Shown: positions 60,361 through 64,000 of the stretch, in pieces
How the letters are laid out: each line of letters starts with the position of its first letter
How positions within the stretch are numbered: the first letter of the stretch is position 1
DNA from: an uncultured Verrucomicrobiae bacterium
GTDB taxonomy: Bacteria; Verrucomicrobiota; Verrucomicrobiia; Chthoniobacterales; UBA10450
Reading direction: 5' to 3'
Assembly: GCA_963726745.1 (NCBI GenBank)
Contig: CAVSDR010000003.1
Location: 832,001-896,000 of the forward strand
DNA length: 64,000 nt
Made by a program: the position numbers and the translations under genes
Notes under the pieces: model-generated
What the model was told of the DNA's origin: nothing
Seen by the model: only the letters and a program-made list of their open reading frames with translations
The model's database searches: none

Positions 60361-60946
60361 CTTCCTCCTTTATCCGCGCCAGGAGCGCTTTCAATTTCTG
60401 CCGTGCACGAAAGGCGCGCACTTTCACGAGCGCGCCGCTCCAGCCGGTGAGCGCGCGAATCTCGGCGACGCTTTTGCCTTGGAGATATTGCAGGTCGATG
60501 ACGAGCCGTTCGGCTGGGGCGAGGCGCTCGAGCAGACGCGCCACGAGATCGCGCGCGGCGTAGCTCTGGTCCGGCGCCAAGTCGCTGTCTGTTTGCGCAA
60601 GATTGGCCATGACCGCGGCCTGCTCTTCGCTCAGGTCGGCGTGGCGCAATTCCGGGCGCGCCTTCTCCGCGGCGATCTGGTTCAGGCAGGTGTTGATCGC
60701 GATCCGCGAGACCCAATGCTCCAGCGGGACGGCGCCGGAGTATTGCCCGAGTTTTTGGAAAATTTTCACGAAGATCATCTGGCAAAGGTCCTCCTCGGCC
60801 GCGCGCGCCGGACGATGCGAACGGACCAGCCGGGCCACGAACGGGTAGAGATGCTGCAGGAGCGCCCGCGCGGCTGCTTCTTCTTCGCGCCGCGCGCCTG
60901 CCACCAGCGCAGCCACGTCGACCTCATCAGCCATGCGTTCCACCAT
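60344..60946 (-). CDS. ECF sigma factor
   Basis: AEEDL.Q..F.K, W..RIAIN.C, G.SVAEI...G.....VKVR..RAR. Confidence 0.9.
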   Translation of the reverse strand: MVERMADEVDVAALVAGARREEEAAARALLQHLYPFVARLVRSHRPARAAEEDLCQMIFVKIFQKLGQYSGAVPLEHWVSRIAINTCLNQIAAEKARPELRHADLSEEQAAVMANLAQTDSDLAPDQSYAARDLVARLLERLAPAERLVIDLQYLQGKSVAEIRALTGWSGALVKVRAFRARQKLKALLARIKEEDARVG

Positions 60947-60966
60947 GCATCCACTCTGTGGGAGAT

Positions 60967-61031
60967 GACAGGCGCCCGGCCGCGGCGGTTACAAAAAAAA
61001 CTTTTGTAACCAAAAGCCCCTGTCGCTGGTC
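60967..61031. promoter_or_regulatory. Back-to-back divergent ECF-type promoters
   Basis: Inverted repeat GGTTACAAAA-N5-TTTTGTAACC (60987-61011); TGTAACC-N16-GGTC on + and TGTAACC-N16-TGTC on -. Confidence 0.7.
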
Positions 61032-61086
61032 AAACCCTGCAAGCACCCGCGCTCCGGCGCACCAACCAAGAAAGACAACCAGCAAG

Positions 61087-61509
61087 ATGAAACGACAACT
61101 CCTAGCACTCGCCGCCTGCAGCGCCCTCGCGCTCGGCTCCACCTTTACCCTGCTCGCCGGCGAGCCGGAACCCGGCCGCGGCCCGGGCTACGGTGAGCAC
61201 CACGGCGGCATGCGCGGTCACGGTCCCGGCCCCATGGGCGGAAATCCGCTCGAGCACCTAACCAGGGAGTTAAACCTGACCGAGCAGCAAAAAACGCAGG
61301 TCGCGCCGATCGTCGAGCAGGCCAAGCCGCAGATCAAAGCAATCCACGAGGAAGCGATGCAGAAAATGCACGCGGTGATGGAAAACGCCACGGCGCAGAT
61401 TCGCCCGCTGCTCACGGCCGAGCAGCAGACCAAACTCGACGCGATGAAAAAGGCGCACGAGGACGAGATGAAGGCCCACCAGGAGATGGACCAAGCCAAG
61501 GCCAAGTAG
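61087..61509 (+). CDS. Spy/CpxP family periplasmic protein
   Basis: Signal peptide, His/Gly/Met-rich linker, LNLTEQQ and LTAEQ. Confidence 0.8.
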   Translation: MKRQLLALAACSALALGSTFTLLAGEPEPGRGPGYGEHHGGMRGHGPGPMGGNPLEHLTRELNLTEQQKTQVAPIVEQAKPQIKAIHEEAMQKMHAVMENATAQIRPLLTAEQQTKLDAMKKAHEDEMKAHQEMDQAKAK

Positions 61510-61530
61510 CTTTCGGCAGAGAAAAGGCAG

Positions 61531-61564
61531 GCAGCGGTCGCCGCGAGGTGGCCGCTGCTTTTTT
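61531..61564 (+). terminator. Rho-independent terminator
   Basis: GCAGCGGTCGCC-GCGA-GGTGGCCGCTGC stem with a GNRA loop followed by TTTTTT. Confidence 0.8.
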
Positions 61565-61586
61565 CTCTCCTGCTCCTGAGCAGGAA

Positions 61587-62447
61587 TTACGTGCTGCGCT
61601 CGATCGGCATGCCGACGCGATTCCCCCACTCGGTCCAGGAGCCGTCGTAATTGCGCACGTTCTCGAGGCCGAGGAGGTAGGTGAGGACAAACCAAGTGTG
61701 GCTCGAGCGCTCGCCGATGCGGCAATAAACGATCGTCTCCCGGTCCGAGGAAACACCGCACTCCTCCTGGTAAATCTTGGCCAACTCGTCGGCTGATTTG
61801 AAGGTGCCGTTGTCGTTGGTCGCAGTTTTCCACGGGACGCTCTTCGCTCCGGGGATGTGGCCGCCGCGGAGCACGCCTTCCTGCGGATACTCCGGCATGT
61901 GGGTGATCTCGCCTTTGAATTCGCCCGGCGACCGCACATCGATCAACGGCTTCCCGGCTTTGCTTTGCGCGAGCGCTTCATCGGCGAAGGCGCGAATCTC
62001 CTGGTCGTAGCGCTTTGCCGGCTCCGGATATTTTGTGGCTTCGAACTTCGGCACTTCACGCGTCATCGGCCGGCCTTCGGCTTTCCATTTGTCGCGGCCG
62101 CCGTTGAGGATTTTCACCTTCGTGTGGCCAAAAAGCCGGAAAGCCCAGAGCGCGTAGGTGGCCCACCAGTTGGCCTTGTCGCCGTAGAAAACGCAGGTGG
62201 TCTCGGGCGTGATCCCGTGGCGCGAGCAAAGCTCGGCAAATTTAGCCGGCGAGATGTAATCGCGAATCAACGGGTCCTGCAGATCGCTCCGCCAATCGAT
62301 GTGGACCGCGCCGGGAATGTGCCCGGAGTCATAGAGCAGGATGTCCTCGTTTGACTCGACGATCCGCAGGCCGGGATCGTTCAGGTGCTCGGCCAGCCAG
62401 GAGGTTTCGACGAGCGCCTCAGGATGGGCGTAAGAGTGAGTGGCCAT
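61587..62447 (-). CDS. Two-domain rhodanese/thiosulfate sulfurtransferase
   Basis: Two GHIPGA motifs, [15 protein letters not shown] and YDGSWTEW. Confidence 0.92.
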   Translation of the reverse strand: MATHSYAHPEALVETSWLAEHLNDPGLRIVESNEDILLYDSGHIPGAVHIDWRSDLQDPLIRDYISPAKFAELCSRHGITPETTCVFYGDKANWWATYALWAFRLFGHTKVKILNGGRDKWKAEGRPMTREVPKFEATKYPEPAKRYDQEIRAFADEALAQSKAGKPLIDVRSPGEFKGEITHMPEYPQEGVLRGGHIPGAKSVPWKTATNDNGTFKSADELAKIYQEECGVSSDRETIVYCRIGERSSHTWFVLTYLLGLENVRNYDGSWTEWGNRVGMPIERST

Positions 62448-62495
62448 GCGGTGAACTTCCGCCCGCCGCCGTCGAGCGGCAAGGCGATTGTCCCG

Positions 62496-63722
62496 CTAAC
62501 GCCGCCGCCGGCCGTAGCTGTAGCCGCCGTGCGTCCGCCCGCCGCCGATGGCGCGTTTGCCCGAGCCGGTGACCGATTCCGGCTCGAAGAGCGCGGTGTA
62601 TTTGTAATCGAAGCCCTCGAGCTTGAGGCGCGGAATCTTCGCGCCGATGAAGCGCTCGATCGCCTGGAGCGAGCCCAACTCTTCGCCGTTCATGAGCGTG
62701 AAAGCGTCGCCTACTTTCTGCGCGCGACCGGTGCGGCCGATGCGGTGGACGTAGTCTTCGCTGTGCTCCGGCACGTCGTAATTGATCACGTGGCTGATCC
62801 CGGCGATGTCGATCCCGCGCGCAGCGATATCGGTCGCGACCATGATCTCGTATTTGCCGCTCTTGAAGCCTTCGAGCGCCTCGACGCGTTCGCGCTGGGT
62901 GCGGTTGGAATGCAGCACGGCGACCGAGTGCTTCCCTTGCTTTAAGCGGACGGCGATTTTGTCGGCGCCGTGTTTCGTGCGCGAAAAAATGAGCGCGCTG
63001 TCAAAGTTCGTCCGCTCGAGCAGCGCCATCAGAAGATCGAATTTCTGGTCCGCCGCTACCGGGTAGACCGCGTGGGTCACGGTTTCGGCGGGCGAGCGTT
63101 GCGCGCCAATCTCGATCGTCTCGGGATTGCGCAGGACCCAGGATGCGAGGCGCTCGATCTCCGGCGGGAGCGTGGCCGAGAAAAGCAGCGTTTGCCGATC
63201 GGTCGAGATTTGCTCGACGATCCGGCGCACATCGGGAAGGAAACCCATGTCGAGCATGCGATCGACTTCATCGAGCACGAGGACGTTGACGCTGCGCAAG
63301 TTCATCGCGCCCTGCTCCAGGAGATCGAGCAAGCGGCCCGGCGTCGCGCAAACCACATCCACGCCGGACGCGGCCTCCTCGCGTTGCTTCCCGTAGCCGA
63401 CGCCGCCATGGACCAGCGAAACACGCAGATCGGTGAAGCGGCCGTAATCGCGGAAAGCAGTCTCGACTTGGGCCGCGAGTTCGCGCGTCGGCTCGAGCAC
63501 GAGGCAGCGAAAGGCGCCGTGTTGCGCCAGGTTCGTCAGGATGGGCAAAGCGAAGGCAGCGGTTTTGCCAGTGCCGGTCTGGGCGGTGCCAATCAAGTCT
63601 TTGCCCGCGAGGACGACCGGAAACGCCCGCAGCTGAATCGGCGTCGGGTCAGTAAATCCCATCGCCAGGGTGCCCTGCACGACTTCATCGGAAAGGCCAA
63701 AATCACGAAAACTCACGGGCAC
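62496..63722 (-). CDS. DEAD-box RNA helicase (RhlE-like, DEVD variant)
   Basis: Q motif, AQTGTGKT, PTRELA, TPGRL, DEVD, SAT, ARGID and HRIGRTGR. Confidence 0.93.
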   Translation of the reverse strand: MPVSFRDFGLSDEVVQGTLAMGFTDPTPIQLRAFPVVLAGKDLIGTAQTGTGKTAAFALPILTNLAQHGAFRCLVLEPTRELAAQVETAFRDYGRFTDLRVSLVHGGVGYGKQREEAASGVDVVCATPGRLLDLLEQGAMNLRSVNVLVLDEVDRMLDMGFLPDVRRIVEQISTDRQTLLFSATLPPEIERLASWVLRNPETIEIGAQRSPAETVTHAVYPVAADQKFDLLMALLERTNFDSALIFSRTKHGADKIAVRLKQGKHSVAVLHSNRTQRERVEALEGFKSGKYEIMVATDIAARGIDIAGISHVINYDVPEHSEDYVHRIGRTGRAQKVGDAFTLMNGEELGSLQAIERFIGAKIPRLKLEGFDYKYTALFEPESVTGSGKRAIGGGRTHGGYSYGRRRR

Positions 63723-63817
63723 ACGCTACGCAGATAAGCGCCTCACACAACGCAGCGCCTAACAACTCCCGCAGGAACCGTTGCTAGAGCAACCGGCGCT
63801 TTGTGCGAAGCTGCGCG

Positions 63818-64000
63818 ATGTCCGGAAAGCTCCGCATCCTGGTCCTGGCGGACACGCACAACCATCTCCCGCCCCAGCTGGCCGCTCTCGCCGAGGGCGC
63901 GGATGAGATCTGGCACTTGGGCGATGTCTGCGATCCCAGCTTGCTGGCTATTTTGCGGAAAGTCGGGCCGCCGGTCACGGTGGTGCGAGGAAATTGCGAC
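63818..64000 (+). CDS. YfcE-like metallophosphoesterase, 5' part truncated by the window edge
   Basis: Manual translation MSGKLRILVLADTH...HLGDV...VRGNCD shows DxH, GD and GN motifs. Confidence 0.85.
   Translation, partial: MSGKLRILVLADTHNHLPPQLAALAEGADEIWHLGDVCDPSLLAILRKVGPPVTVVRGNCD

Noticed and set aside
483..63737. Many long alternative-frame or antisense ORFs (for example 483-2300, 19659-21452, 41920-43629, 46827-48521, 48965-50905)
   Set aside because: They are Arg/Ala/Gly/Pro-rich shadows expected at high GC, overlap well-supported genes and carry no recognisable motifs.

Overview
High-GC (roughly two-thirds G+C by eye), gene-dense bacterial chromosome segment. PEP-CTERM, paired 'N[IL]S[AT]R' C-terminal domains and a dockerin-tailed secreted protein suggest Verrucomicrobiota (Chthoniobacterales-like); this is inference. 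It holds about 60 CDS, including glmM, scpB, fumC, nrdJ, dctA, kynA, a Dus enzyme and a DEAD-box helicase, plus tRNA-Ser(CGA), an Xre-RES toxin-antitoxin pair, an ECF sigma/anti-sigma/Spy module with back-to-back promoters, and several secreted proteases. Three things stand out. (1) A non-palindromic motif (C)CTAACGA(G) occurs about 38 times on both strands, mostly inside genes where it imposes rare TTA/CTA/AGG codons, and a sister motif GGCTAATT shares its CTAA core; this resembles an uncharacterised uptake-signal or highly iterated sequence system. (2) An 8.5-kb cluster encodes a membrane patatin/cPLA2-like lipase, three RoxA/MauG-like diheme cytochromes c and a small unknown protein, a candidate lipid release and oxygenation pathway. 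(3) About 11 frameshifts are all +1 and are most likely sequencing or assembly errors. No CRISPR array, rRNA, integrase or transposase was seen. Motif counts are from a manual scan and family calls are from motif recognition, not database searches.
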